From: Patescibacteria group bacterium
GTDB taxonomy: Bacteria > Patescibacteriota > JABMPQ01 > JAQVVF01
Assembly: GCA_041662665.1 (NCBI GenBank)
Contig: JBAZSC010000001.1
Coordinates: forward strand, 65,511 to 129,510
DNA length: 64,000 bases
Direction: 5' to 3'
Of this stretch, positions 29,437-38,975 are shown piece after piece. The translations under genes and the position numbers were made by a program. Every line of letters starts with the position of its first letter. Positions within the stretch are counted from its first letter, which is position 1. The notes beneath the pieces were generated by a model. That model was not told where the DNA came from and did not search any database. It worked only from the letters and a program-made list of their open reading frames with translations.

Positions 29437-30072
29437 ATGAGGAATAATATGTCTATGAAAAATTATAAAAAAGAAACAATTGATTTTTACAACAAGAATA
29501 TTGATGAATACATAAAAAAGACTCAAGGATTACAAGATTCAGCTTGGCTGAAAAAATTTGTTAAACTTTTACCAAAAAAAGCGAAAATTCTTGATCTTGG
29601 CTGTGGATATGGGCGCGATACCCAAACATTTGTCGATCTTGGTTTTGATTGTTATGGCGTAGATTTATCAGAAAAAATGATTGAAAGAGCCAAAAGCAGA
29701 GTCAAAAAAGCAAAATTTTTTGTAATGGATATATTAGATTTAGATTTTGCAGATAAATTTTTTGATGGAATCTGGTGTAATGCTACAATAGTTCATATTA
29801 GTAAAAAAGATATTGATCAAGCATTTAACCAGATTTATAAGATTTTAAAACATAATGGTTTTTTCCATTTTAATTTAAAAGAGGGAACCGGAGAAAAATT
29901 TGAGGCAGATGAAAGATATAAAGGCATAAAAAAATTTTATTCATATTATTCTGAAAATGAAATAAAAGATTTATTGAAAAAACATGGTTTCGAGATTATC
30001 GAATCCTGGCACAAAGAACCAAAAGGTTACGATAATGCACACATGTTTTATTTCATTGTAAAAAAAATCTAA
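29437..30072 (+). CDS. class I SAM-dependent methyltransferase
   Basis: Motif I ILDLGCGYGRD, motif post-I DLS, motif II FDGIWCNA. Confidence 0.75.
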   Translation: MRNNMSMKNYKKETIDFYNKNIDEYIKKTQGLQDSAWLKKFVKLLPKKAKILDLGCGYGRDTQTFVDLGFDCYGVDLSEKMIERAKSRVKKAKFFVMDILDLDFADKFFDGIWCNATIVHISKKDIDQAFNQIYKILKHNGFFHFNLKEGTGEKFEADERYKGIKKFYSYYSENEIKDLLKKHGFEIIESWHKEPKGYDNAHMFYFIVKKI

Positions 30073-30083
30073 AATAAACTTTT

Positions 30084-30521
30084 ATGTTCAAAAGATTTTA
30101 TGATCCAAAAAATAAATATTCCAAAGGTATTTTAAAAGAATATAAATATTGGATAGCAGAAGTAAGCTATCATCAACATACTTTTGGCAATTATATTATT
30201 TTCTGCAAAAGAAAAGGAGTCGAAAAAATATCTGAACTCAAAGACAAAGAATTATTAGAATTCAAAAAAGTCTGCAAAGAAATTGAAAATGCGCTTTCAA
30301 AAAACAAGATCTTTAAGCCTCAAAGATTTAATTATTGGCAATTGGGCAATGGCTGTCATCAACTTCATTTTCATGGTCTGCCAAGATATTCTAAAGACAA
30401 AAAATTTGGCAACAAAATTTTCAAAGATAAAAACTATGGCTCTGATCCAATTTGGACAGAAGTAGAGCAAGATGATAAAACAGTAATAGAGATGAAAGAA
30501 GCAATAAAAAAATATTTATAA
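30084..30521 (+). CDS. HIT-like protein (variant histidine triad CHQLHFHGLP)
   Basis: Size and His-rich GNGCHQLHFHGLPRY segment resemble the HIT/GalT-like fold; the triad spacing is atypical. Confidence 0.4.
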   Translation: MFKRFYDPKNKYSKGILKEYKYWIAEVSYHQHTFGNYIIFCKRKGVEKISELKDKELLEFKKVCKEIENALSKNKIFKPQRFNYWQLGNGCHQLHFHGLPRYSKDKKFGNKIFKDKNYGSDPIWTEVEQDDKTVIEMKEAIKKYL

Positions 30522-30636
30522 ATTAAACTCAGGCCCATCCAGCCTGTTTTATTTTGCCAAAAAATGTATTGACAATAATTCTTAATATGGTATACTTAAA
30601 TTATAGAGCTATACCATATTAACAAAATTTAAGCTT

Positions 30637-31590
30637 ATGCAATATATATCACCCATTATCACAAAAAGAATTAAAGAAAAACTTTCCAGACTAAACAAAT
30701 TACGGCCATTGCCAAAAACAGCAGTCCTGAAATTAAAAGAGAGATTTCAGATAGAAATGACTTACAACTCAAATGCCATAGAAGGTAATTCTTTGACACT
30801 GAAAGAAACCTATTTAGTCATCAATGAGGGAATAACTGTAAAAGGCAAGCCATTAAAAGACCATTTAGAAGCAAAAGACCATCAAATAGCTTTAGAATAT
30901 CTTTATGATTTAATTGCTAAAAATAAAAGACAAACAATTTCAGAAGTTTTAATAAAAAATTTGCATCAAATTATTACTCAAGAAATTGATCGAGAATGGG
31001 CAGGAAGATACAGAAATTCAAATGTTATTATTGCTGGCTCAAAACATAATCCGCCAAACGCTCTAGCAATTCCTAAAAAAATGCATGAATTAATTAGCTG
31101 GCTAAGATCACAAAAAAATAAAGTTAATATCATAGAACTAGCAACTTTGTTGCATCATAAATTAGTTTATATTCATCCTTTTTTTGATGGTAATGGCAGA
31201 ACTGCGCGTTTAGCAATGAATCTTTTGCTAATGCAAGCTGGTTATCCGTTAGTAGTTATTTTAAAAAATGATCGGAAAAAATATTATGATGTTCTTGAGT
31301 CAGCTGATAAGAGAAATTATAAACCCTTGATTCAATTCATATATCAAGCAGTTGAACGTTCATTGGATATTTATCTAAAAACTTTAACTCCTGCTAAAGA
31401 AAAACAAGAAAAATTTTTAACATTAGCAAAAATATCTATGCAAACACCTTTTTCTGCCAAATATTTAAATCTTCTTGCCAGAACAGGAAAATTAGAAGCT
31501 TACAAAGAAGACAGAAATTGGTTAACTTCGAAAGAATCTGTTGATAGATATCTAAAAAATAGAATAAGGCAAAGAAAAATTAAGAAATAA
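30637..31590 (+). CDS. Fic family protein (class II, with intramolecular inhibitory helix)
   Basis: Canonical FIC motif HPFFDGNGRTARL; N-terminal SNAIEGN matches the (S/T)xxxE(G/N) inhibitory motif. Confidence 0.85.
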   Translation: MQYISPIITKRIKEKLSRLNKLRPLPKTAVLKLKERFQIEMTYNSNAIEGNSLTLKETYLVINEGITVKGKPLKDHLEAKDHQIALEYLYDLIAKNKRQTISEVLIKNLHQIITQEIDREWAGRYRNSNVIIAGSKHNPPNALAIPKKMHELISWLRSQKNKVNIIELATLLHHKLVYIHPFFDGNGRTARLAMNLLLMQAGYPLVVILKNDRKKYYDVLESADKRNYKPLIQFIYQAVERSLDIYLKTLTPAKEKQEKFLTLAKISMQTPFSAKYLNLLARTGKLEAYKEDRNWLTSKESVDRYLKNRIRQRKIKK

Positions 31591-31674
31591 ATTCAGGCTC
31601 ATCCAGTCTGTTTTATTTTGTCCAAGAAAATGTTATACTAAAAAAAATTCATATTTATTTTTAAAAATAATCAT

Positions 31675-32166
31675 ATGGAACAAGAGCCAAGCCAAGAAGT
31701 GATAAAAGAAGCGACTTTTGCTGAAATTGATAAAATTCTCGAAAATTTGCCAGATCAAAAAGAAATAGAAGATTATTTTGAAGATGTAACAGCAGAATTA
31801 GACAAATATTTCAAAGGAGAATTAACCAAAGATATTCCATTGCCAAAAGGCGCAATTGAAATAGCAGATTTTGAATTGCTCAAAGAAATTTTGTTAAAAA
31901 AATTTAATTTTTCTGATAAAGTTGTAGATGAAATTGTTGAGCACGAAAAAGATCATTTTGCTGAAGCAGAAAAAAATGAATTTTCACCAAAAATTTATTT
32001 AAGTTTTTCTCAAACATCAGACGACCGTTTAGCGATAAAACCATTCATTTATTATAAGTCAGAAAATGCTGATATAATAAATTTTAAAGAAAAAAGAAAA
32101 AAAATTGCTAAAGCTCCAAAGAAACTTAGCGAAAAAGACGTTGAAACCTTAAAAAAAATAGCATAA
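31675..32166 (+). CDS. hypothetical acidic protein
   Basis: 163-aa ORF rich in E/D/K downstream of an extended -10 promoter (TGTTATACT). Confidence 0.45.
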   Translation: MEQEPSQEVIKEATFAEIDKILENLPDQKEIEDYFEDVTAELDKYFKGELTKDIPLPKGAIEIADFELLKEILLKKFNFSDKVVDEIVEHEKDHFAEAEKNEFSPKIYLSFSQTSDDRLAIKPFIYYKSENADIINFKEKRKKIAKAPKKLSEKDVETLKKIA

Positions 32167-32351
32167 TACTTTAGAATTCAAAAAAATATTAAGTAACAAA
32201 ATACAATCAGGCAATTTGAGCCTGTTTTGTTTTGCATAAAAAATTGATAATTACTAATAATTTTATTTATGCTATACTTAAATTGAATTTAAATATATTA
32301 GCAAATAATTTCCGGGTACATTCAACTTTGATTACCGGGAAAGGAAAATAA

Positions 32352-34250
32352 ATGAAAAAAATCCTTAAAATTTTCATGCCATTAGCAGTCTTCTTTTTAT
32401 TTGGCTTCTTGAATTATGCAAAAGCAAATGAAACTTGGCATTCAATTGGTAGCGGTATCGATGGATATGTTTCTGATATGATCGTTTTTAATGATGAACT
32501 GTATATTGGAGGAAAATTGACTTCCCTAAATTGTAATTTTGCGAAATGGAATGGCATTTCTTGGACACCACTATCACAAAATTCGGGTGTGCAAAAATTA
32601 GCAATTTATCGAAATGAACTTTATGCTACAGGAACTTTTGATCCATCAGATTTTGTTGCGAAATGGAATGGTACTTCATGGATTCCACTTGATTCAGGAA
32701 TAAATGATGAAACAGTTTCTATTGGTGTTTTTAATGATGAATTATTTGTTGGAGGTTTTTTTACTAGGGTAAATGGAATGAACATTTCAAACATTGCAAA
32801 ATGGAACGGAGCATCTTGGAGTAAAGCAGGAGATTTAGACAGCTTTCCTGAAAGTTTTGCTATATACAATAATGAATTCTATGCAGTCGGTGGTTTTTCC
32901 AAAAGTGTTGCAAAATGGAATGGAGGAACATGGGTTAGCGTTGGTTATGGCAATTACAAATATCCATTTGCCTCAGCAGTTTTTAACAACGAATTATATG
33001 TTGGCGGTGGATTTCCGCTGACAGATGGAGCAAAAATTGCAAAATACAATGGATCAGCCTGGACTGTGTTTGGAGGAAAGATAGATGGACAAGTTAATAC
33101 ATTATTGGTCTTTGATAATGAGCTTTATATGGGAGGAACATTTACTTTGAATGGAAGCCACATTGCAAAATGGAATGGTACTGAGTGGATTGGTCTTGAA
33201 AATGGAATGAACGCAAATGTTCAATCTCTAATTGCTTATCAAGACAAACTTTATGCCGGTGGATATGCATCGCCAAAAGAACCGTCAAAAACAGATTTTC
33301 TCGCTGGATGGTATGATTCAACAGCACCAGAAACAATTGCTATGCCAAAAGGCGGAATTTATGATGTATCCCAAAAAGTTGTTCTAACTCCAAACGAAGA
33401 AGCAAAAACATATTATACTATTGATGGCACAATTCCAACTATTTCATCGCAAGAATATACGAATCCAATCGTTGTTTCAGAATCAACTAACCTCAATTTC
33501 TTTTCAATTGATAGAGCTGGAAATCAAGAGGAAGTAAAAACCGAAAAATATTTAATTGCTATTCCGATCAAAATCGATGATCCAATAGATATAATTAATC
33601 CGCCAGCTCCAGATGCTAAGCCAATCGTTATTGATCGTCCAGTACCAGTCTTTTCAATTGCAGATTTGTATTTAAGCAATGTCGAATTATATCAAATTTA
33701 TCACAATCAGCAGAAGAATATTGAAATTTCATTTTACAAGCTTCCAAAAAGAAGCGTCATCAAAAAATATTATTTTAAATTAACTCAAAACAAGAAAAAA
33801 TTTCTTGGCGATTTTAATAAAAAAAATAGCTATCGAGGTTATGTAAAATTATTATCAAATCTTGGCACTGTCGAAAAAGCTTATGCTAAAGATCTTGACA
33901 AAAGAGTTAAACTGAAAATTTCGATCCATTATTCAAAAAGAAAATTAACCCAAAATAGTTTAAAAGAAAAAAATCTCCGTTTATTTGTCAAGGATCGAAA
34001 TAATAATTGGCGAGGACCATACCGCATTTATCAAAATACAAGCACACACAAAATTAAATTTAAAGTCAGAAATTATCTTGTCAAAAAGCCAAAATCAATT
34101 GCAATTGATCCTCTTAATGATTCAAAACAATTTGACTTAAATCTTTCTGAAAAATTAAGTGGAAATCGCACCTTTGCTCCGATATTTTATTTTCAAACAA
34201 TTGAAAAAATAAAATTTGTAATTGCAGATAAAAATGCATTAAAAAATTAA
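32352..34250 (+). CDS. secreted surface protein, smaller paralog of 455..3970 (propeller-like repeats, one CHB_HEX_C-like domain, shared C-terminal domain)
   Basis: Signal peptide; YRNELYA..KWNG.SW repeats; TYYTIDGTIPTISSQEYTNPIVVSESTNLNFFSIDRAGNQEEVKT; C-terminal ...NLRLFVKDRNNNWRGPYRIYQNTSTHKIKFKVRNYL... aligns with gene 1. Confidence 0.7.
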   Translation: MKKILKIFMPLAVFFLFGFLNYAKANETWHSIGSGIDGYVSDMIVFNDELYIGGKLTSLNCNFAKWNGISWTPLSQNSGVQKLAIYRNELYATGTFDPSDFVAKWNGTSWIPLDSGINDETVSIGVFNDELFVGGFFTRVNGMNISNIAKWNGASWSKAGDLDSFPESFAIYNNEFYAVGGFSKSVAKWNGGTWVSVGYGNYKYPFASAVFNNELYVGGGFPLTDGAKIAKYNGSAWTVFGGKIDGQVNTLLVFDNELYMGGTFTLNGSHIAKWNGTEWIGLENGMNANVQSLIAYQDKLYAGGYASPKEPSKTDFLAGWYDSTAPETIAMPKGGIYDVSQKVVLTPNEEAKTYYTIDGTIPTISSQEYTNPIVVSESTNLNFFSIDRAGNQEEVKTEKYLIAIPIKIDDPIDIINPPAPDAKPIVIDRPVPVFSIADLYLSNVELYQIYHNQQKNIEISFYKLPKRSVIKKYYFKLTQNKKKFLGDFNKKNSYRGYVKLLSNLGTVEKAYAKDLDKRVKLKISIHYSKRKLTQNSLKEKNLRLFVKDRNNNWRGPYRIYQNTSTHKIKFKVRNYLVKKPKSIAIDPLNDSKQFDLNLSEKLSGNRTFAPIFYFQTIEKIKFVIADKNALKN

Positions 34251-34383
34251 AAACATTTTAAACAGGCTGAAAAAAAGCCTGTTTTTGTTTTGCTCAAAAA
34301 ATTGCTATACTGAAGTTAGGAAACAGAAAATAGTTAACTACGGCGTAACTGTTTTCTGTTTCCTGTTTTCTAAAATTAACACT

Positions 34384-35313
34384 ATGTCCAGCTTCGACAC
34401 ACTCATCACCGAATTTCTCGAATACTGCGAAATAGAAAAAAATAGATCACAATTAACAATCAGAAATTACGATCATTATCTTCGCGTTTTTTTAGCTTGG
34501 TCAAAAGTCACCAATATTTCTCAAGTCAGTCCAGATTTAATCAGAAAATATCGTCTCTATCTTAATCGTTATCGCGATCTCAATGGCAAAGCTTTGAAAT
34601 CAGTAACTCAAAGTTATTATATTATTGCGATGCGTTCATTTTTGAAATACCTAGCCAAACGAGATATTAAAACAATGGCAGCTGAAAAATTAGAGCTACC
34701 AAAAATTCCAGAAAGAACAATTGAATTTTTAGAGCCAAATGAATTAGAAAAACTTCTTAGCCAGCCAAACATTCATAATCTAAATGGCTTAAGAGATCGC
34801 ACAATTTTAGAAACCTTATTTTCTACAGGCTTGCGTGTCAGCGAATTAGTGAGTTTAAATAGAGAAAGTATTAGTTTGCTTCATGATGAATTCACAGTTC
34901 GTGGTAAAGGCGACAAACCAAGAGTTGTTTTTTTATCAACTGAAGCAAAATCATGGTTATCAAGTTATTTAAAACAACGCAAAGATAATTTAAAACCATT
35001 ATTTATCAATCATCCAAAGCAAGCCAGCAAAAATAGCGAAAAAGAAATTGCTGATCTTAATTCCGGACGATTGACACCGAGAAGTATTCAAAGAATTGTT
35101 AAAAAATATGCTTTACTAGCAGGCATAACCAAAAATGTAACTCCGCATACTCTTAGGCACAGCTTCGCGACTGATTTATTACGTAATGACGCAGATATCC
35201 GTTCAGTCCAAGCCATGCTTGGTCATTCCAATATTACAACCACTCAAGTTTATACTCACGTTACAGACAAAGGCTTGCGCGAAATTCACAAAAAATGCCA
35301 TCATCGAAAATAA
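34384..35313 (+). CDS. tyrosine site-specific recombinase, XerC/XerD family
   Basis: N-terminal SAM-like core-binding region LITEFLEYCEIEKNRSQLTIRNYDHYLRVF; catalytic region HTLRHSFATDLL...LGHSNITTTQVYTHV with R-H-R-Y residues. Confidence 0.8.
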   Translation: MSSFDTLITEFLEYCEIEKNRSQLTIRNYDHYLRVFLAWSKVTNISQVSPDLIRKYRLYLNRYRDLNGKALKSVTQSYYIIAMRSFLKYLAKRDIKTMAAEKLELPKIPERTIEFLEPNELEKLLSQPNIHNLNGLRDRTILETLFSTGLRVSELVSLNRESISLLHDEFTVRGKGDKPRVVFLSTEAKSWLSSYLKQRKDNLKPLFINHPKQASKNSEKEIADLNSGRLTPRSIQRIVKKYALLAGITKNVTPHTLRHSFATDLLRNDADIRSVQAMLGHSNITTTQVYTHVTDKGLREIHKKCHHRK

Positions 35314-35343
35314 TTTTAGAATAAAATAATTAATTTAAAATTT

Positions 35344-36066
35344 ATGCTAAAAAGAGAAAATGGTTCAATACCTGAAGAAGAAATTTCAACAATAAAAGAA
35401 CAGCCAGAAGGACGAAGTCAGTATGAAGCTAGGGTTCATCATGAAATAGGTCTTATTCCAGAAATATTTTGTGGTGATGAGAAAAAATTCTGGCAACAAG
35501 AAGCAAAATCTATCAAAGAAAAAGCCGAAAAAGAATTGGAAAGAGTAAATGATGAGGTTATTGACGGCATAATAAATACTGATGAAAAGAAAATACAAAA
35601 ATTAAAGAGACTAGAAGCAGATCGAGATCGCAAATTAAGACTTCCAGAACAAGCTATCAATGTGCTAGGTAGAATTGAGGCTGAACTAAGAAAAGGAAAA
35701 ACTGAAAATGCAAAAAAATATGTTGATAGAATGTTAGTGGATACGCAACAAGAATTAAAAATAGCAAATGAATCTTTTGAGAGATATCAAAAAACAGCAA
35801 AAGGAAAATATTATTCAAATTTAAGACAACAGCAATCAATCGATCAAGCGCAATTCAGAAATATTAGTAATCCAAGAATGGCAACCCTTTTAGATAGAAA
35901 AGTCGCTGTTACTAATGAATTATTAGAAGAAATGCCAGAAGGCAAAAGTTTAGAATCTAGAGTTACTCAATTTAAAGACCGATTTGAATCGTTGCAAAGA
36001 AGCAAGAAATTGCTTGAAAGAAATAAAGTTATGACCGACGAAGAGATTGAAAAAGCATCAAAATAA
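35344..36066 (+). CDS. hypothetical K/E-rich coiled-coil protein
   Basis: 240-aa ORF with heptad-like charged repeats. Confidence 0.45.
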   Translation: MLKRENGSIPEEEISTIKEQPEGRSQYEARVHHEIGLIPEIFCGDEKKFWQQEAKSIKEKAEKELERVNDEVIDGIINTDEKKIQKLKRLEADRDRKLRLPEQAINVLGRIEAELRKGKTENAKKYVDRMLVDTQQELKIANESFERYQKTAKGKYYSNLRQQQSIDQAQFRNISNPRMATLLDRKVAVTNELLEEMPEGKSLESRVTQFKDRFESLQRSKKLLERNKVMTDEEIEKASK

Positions 36067-36266
36067 AGCTCGCGATAAGTAATGTCAAATTTTGACTTTT
36101 GAAAGAACTAGAGATCCACAAAAAATGCTATTATTGAAAATAAGCCTTGATTTTTAGTTATTTTTAGTATATAATTTTGACATTAACACTTAACTTTTAA
36201 CATTTAACAGTTAACTTTCTTTAAAGTTTGTTAATTGTCAATTGTTAAAGGTTAAGTGTTAGAAAC

Positions 36267-36338
36267 GCCCTCATAGTTCAATGGATAGAACACTAGCCTT
36301 CTAAGCTGGATATGCAGGTTCGATTCCTGCTGAGGGCA
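36267..36338 (+). tRNA. tRNA-Arg (anticodon TCT)
   Basis: Cloverleaf: acceptor gccctca/tgagggc, anticodon stem ctagc/gctgg with loop cTTCTaa, T-arm gcagg-ttcgatt-cctgc. Confidence 0.85.
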
Positions 36339-36426
36339 ATTTTAAACAGTTAACAATTAACATTTAACAGTTAACTTTTGCTAAAGTTGTTAAGTGTTAA
36401 TTGTTAATGGTTAACTGTTTTAGAAT

Positions 36427-36499
36427 GGGCGCATAGCTCAGTTGGTAGAGCGTCTGCCTCTTAAGCAGAATGTCAGAGGTTCGATCCCTCTTGCGCCCA
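36427..36499 (+). tRNA. tRNA-Lys (anticodon CTT)
   Basis: Acceptor gggcgca/tgcgccc, D-arm gctcagttggtagagc, anticodon loop cTCTTaa, T-arm agagg-ttcgatc-cctct. Confidence 0.85.
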
Positions 36500-36514
36500 T
36501 ATTTTTTTAAAACA

Positions 36515-37093
36515 ATGCAAATTGAATACGAAGCAACATTTTTAAAGGTCAATAAAGATTCAGTTCGCAAGCAATTAAAAAAATCAGGAGCAAAATTAAT
36601 TAGGCCAGAATTTTTACAAAAGAGAATTGTTTTTAACTTTCCAAAAGGAAATGAAATAAAAGGTGGATGGGTCCGAGTCCGAGATGAAGGTAATAAAACA
36701 ACAATGAGCATTAAAATTGTTGATGGCTCAAAAATTGAAGACCAGAAAGAAGTATGTTTGCAAATTGATAATTTTAAAAATGCTGAACAATTTTTAAAAA
36801 CATTAGGTTGTAAACAAAAGTCATTTCAAGAATCAACAAGAGAATTATGGATGTTAGATAATGTCGAAATTACAATTGATGAATGGCCATTTCTAGAACC
36901 ATTTGTTGAGATTGAAGGAGAGTCAGAAAAAGTAGTTAAACAAGTATCAAAGAAGTTAGGATTTAATTATAAAAAAGCATTTTTTGGAGCAGTAGGAACA
37001 TTATATAGTCAAAAATATAAGTTGCCAGAAGACACAGTAAATAATGAAACTCCAAAGATTATTTTCAAAATGAACAATCCATTTATAAAATAA
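36515..37093 (+). CDS. CYTH-domain protein (class IV adenylyl cyclase / triphosphatase-like)
   Basis: Starts MQIEYEATFLKV (the ExExK signature of CYTH); the ORF-track start at 36470 overlaps tRNA-Lys. Confidence 0.65.
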   Translation: MQIEYEATFLKVNKDSVRKQLKKSGAKLIRPEFLQKRIVFNFPKGNEIKGGWVRVRDEGNKTTMSIKIVDGSKIEDQKEVCLQIDNFKNAEQFLKTLGCKQKSFQESTRELWMLDNVEITIDEWPFLEPFVEIEGESEKVVKQVSKKLGFNYKKAFFGAVGTLYSQKYKLPEDTVNNETPKIIFKMNNPFIK

Positions 37094-37158
37094 AGTTTTC
37101 TAGATAATATTATAGCTCTTTCACCCGCCTCAAAAAAAGCAGAGGCGAAGGAGGAACA

Positions 37159-37398
37159 ATGGAAGCAAAAGATGAAAGGTTGCAAGAGATTTTCTTTTTA
37201 GCGCAAAAGATAAGTGCATCTATTTCTGTAAGGCAAAAAAACGGAGAAGTAATTGTCGGTACTGTCAAAGGGCACACATTCAGCTGCCGAACAGGTCGTT
37301 ATGTTAAAATCCAGCAAGCAATAAAAGAAGGTGAAAAAGTAAATCGTGAAAAAGAAATCAATTATTCTGATATTTCTTCAGTGACATTCGAAGTTTAA
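37159..37398 (+). CDS. hypothetical small protein (79 aa)
   Basis: AAGGAGGA SD then ATG; followed by terminator gatgcattttgcatc plus T-tract at 37420..37445. Confidence 0.45.
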   Translation: MEAKDERLQEIFFLAQKISASISVRQKNGEVIVGTVKGHTFSCRTGRYVKIQQAIKEGEKVNREKEINYSDISSVTFEV

Positions 37399-37501
37399 TT
37401 ATAAAAGCACATTTTCCTGATGCATTTTGCATCTTTTTTTATTCGTTATTTTTAATTTTTCATTTTGCATTTTTAATTTGCTAGAATATCCACAAAATCT
37501 C

Positions 37502-37530
37502 TTGACAGCATAATTTTTCGCGTATATAAT
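37502..37530 (+). promoter_or_regulatory. consensus sigma70-type promoter TTGACA-17-TATAAT
   Basis: cTTGACAgcataatttttcgcgtaTATAATtt; 285 bp upstream of the 23S 5' end; followed by a hairpin/T-tract at 37657..37680 and (CACTTAA)x6. Confidence 0.6.
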
Positions 37531-37685
37531 TTTTCTATACAAATAAGTTTCTAAAAGTTTCCAAACAATTCACTTCTCTATGATTTACCAAAGAACAAAA
37601 CTAAAACCTCGGCTAATCATTTAGACATATTTTTAAAAACCTTAAAAATATCTTAGCCGCGGCAACGCGGTTTTTTCAACCTTAC

Positions 37686-37730
37686 ACTTAACACTTAACA
37701 CTTAACACTTAACACTTAACACTTAACGAA
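37686..37730. repeat. six tandem CACTTAA heptamers in the 23S leader
   Basis: cacttaacacttaacacttaacacttaacacttaacacttaa. Confidence 0.8.
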
Positions 37731-38327
37731 TTTCGTTGCTTGTTAATTGTTAAATGTTAACTGTTAATTGTCCGCAACTTGACAACTTAATATTGCATTT
37801 ATAAACTGCTAGTCAATTTTATAAGAGTATATGGCGGATGCCTTGGCTAATTAAACCTAAGAAGGACGTTGCAGCCTGCGATAAGCCTCGGGGAGGTGGC
37901 AAGCAACCTTTGATCCGGGGACGTCCGAATGAGGAAACTCATCCTGCATTTATGTAGGATATCTCTTACTTCGGTAAGAGAGGGGTACCCAGTGAACTGA
38001 AACATCTTAGTAACTGGAGGAATATAAAACAATAGTGATTCCCCAAGTAGCGGCGAGCGAACGGGGAACAGTCTAAACCGTATCTTAATTATTAGTAACT
38101 TAACTTTATTGTTGGTTATTAATAATTAATTTATCGGGGTTTCGGAAACAACATTTACGTAATTCTAAGCGGTTAGTTGAAAGCTTCTGGAAAGAACTAC
38201 CATAGTGGGTAATAGTCCCGTAAACGAAAACTGCTTCAGATACGGTTGTTTTCCAAAGTAGCACGAGCTAAGTGAAATCTCGTGTGAATTCGGGAGAACT
38301 ACTCTTCCAAGACTAAATATTTAATTA

Positions 38328-38369
<42 letters not shown>

Positions 38370-38943
38370 TCCCGATGAGGGAGATGAAATAGAACCTGAA
38401 ACCATATACTTACAAGGAGTAGGAGCCCCGCTTCGGCGGGGTGACTGCGTGCTTTTTGCAGAACGAGCCAACGAGTTAATGTATGTTGCAAGGCTAAGTT
38501 ATTATTTAACGAAGCCGTAGGGAAACCAAGTTTTAACGAGCGTTCAGTAACATATATTAGACCCGAAACCAGTTGAGCTACCCATGGGCAGGATGAATTT
38601 GAACGAAAGTTCAAAGGAGGTCCGAACACACAAGCCGTGCAACACTTGGTGATGACCTGTGGGTAGAGGCGAAAAACCTAACGAAGCTGGAAATAGCTGG
38701 TTTTCCTCGAAATAGCTTTAGGGCTAGCCTTATTATTACTTGTTTGGAGGTAGAGCACTGGATGGAATGAGATGGTTTATACCTACTCGTTCCAATCAAA
38801 CTCCGAATGCCAGACAATCACATAATAGGAGTCAGACTGTGGGGGCTAAGCTTCATAGTCAAAAGGGGAACAGCCCAGATTACCATCTAAGGTCCCTAAA
38901 TATATGCTAAGTGGTAAAGGATGTGCGATGACTTAAACAGTTA

Positions 38944-38975
<32 letters not shown>

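Noticed and set aside
36397-36711. 104-aa minus-strand ORF, and the N-terminal extension of the plus-strand ORF 36470..37093
   Set aside because: Both run through tRNA-Lys. The CYTH gene has its ExExK signature immediately at the internal Met (36515), so that is the credible start.
37686-37730. Possible CRISPR array (tandem CACTTAA heptamers and GTTAA arrays; also checked the palindromic repeat families)
   Set aside because: Repeat units are 6-7 bp with no unique spacers. The longer palindromic elements are single inverted-repeat units, not direct repeat-spacer arrays. No cas genes are present in the window.
35344-37816. 16S rRNA gene upstream of the 23S
   Set aside because: The 2.4 kb upstream contains a coiled-coil protein gene, two tRNAs, a CYTH gene and a small ORF. 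No 16S signatures (e.g. AGAGTTTGATC, GTGCCAGCAGCCGCGG) occur anywhere in the window.
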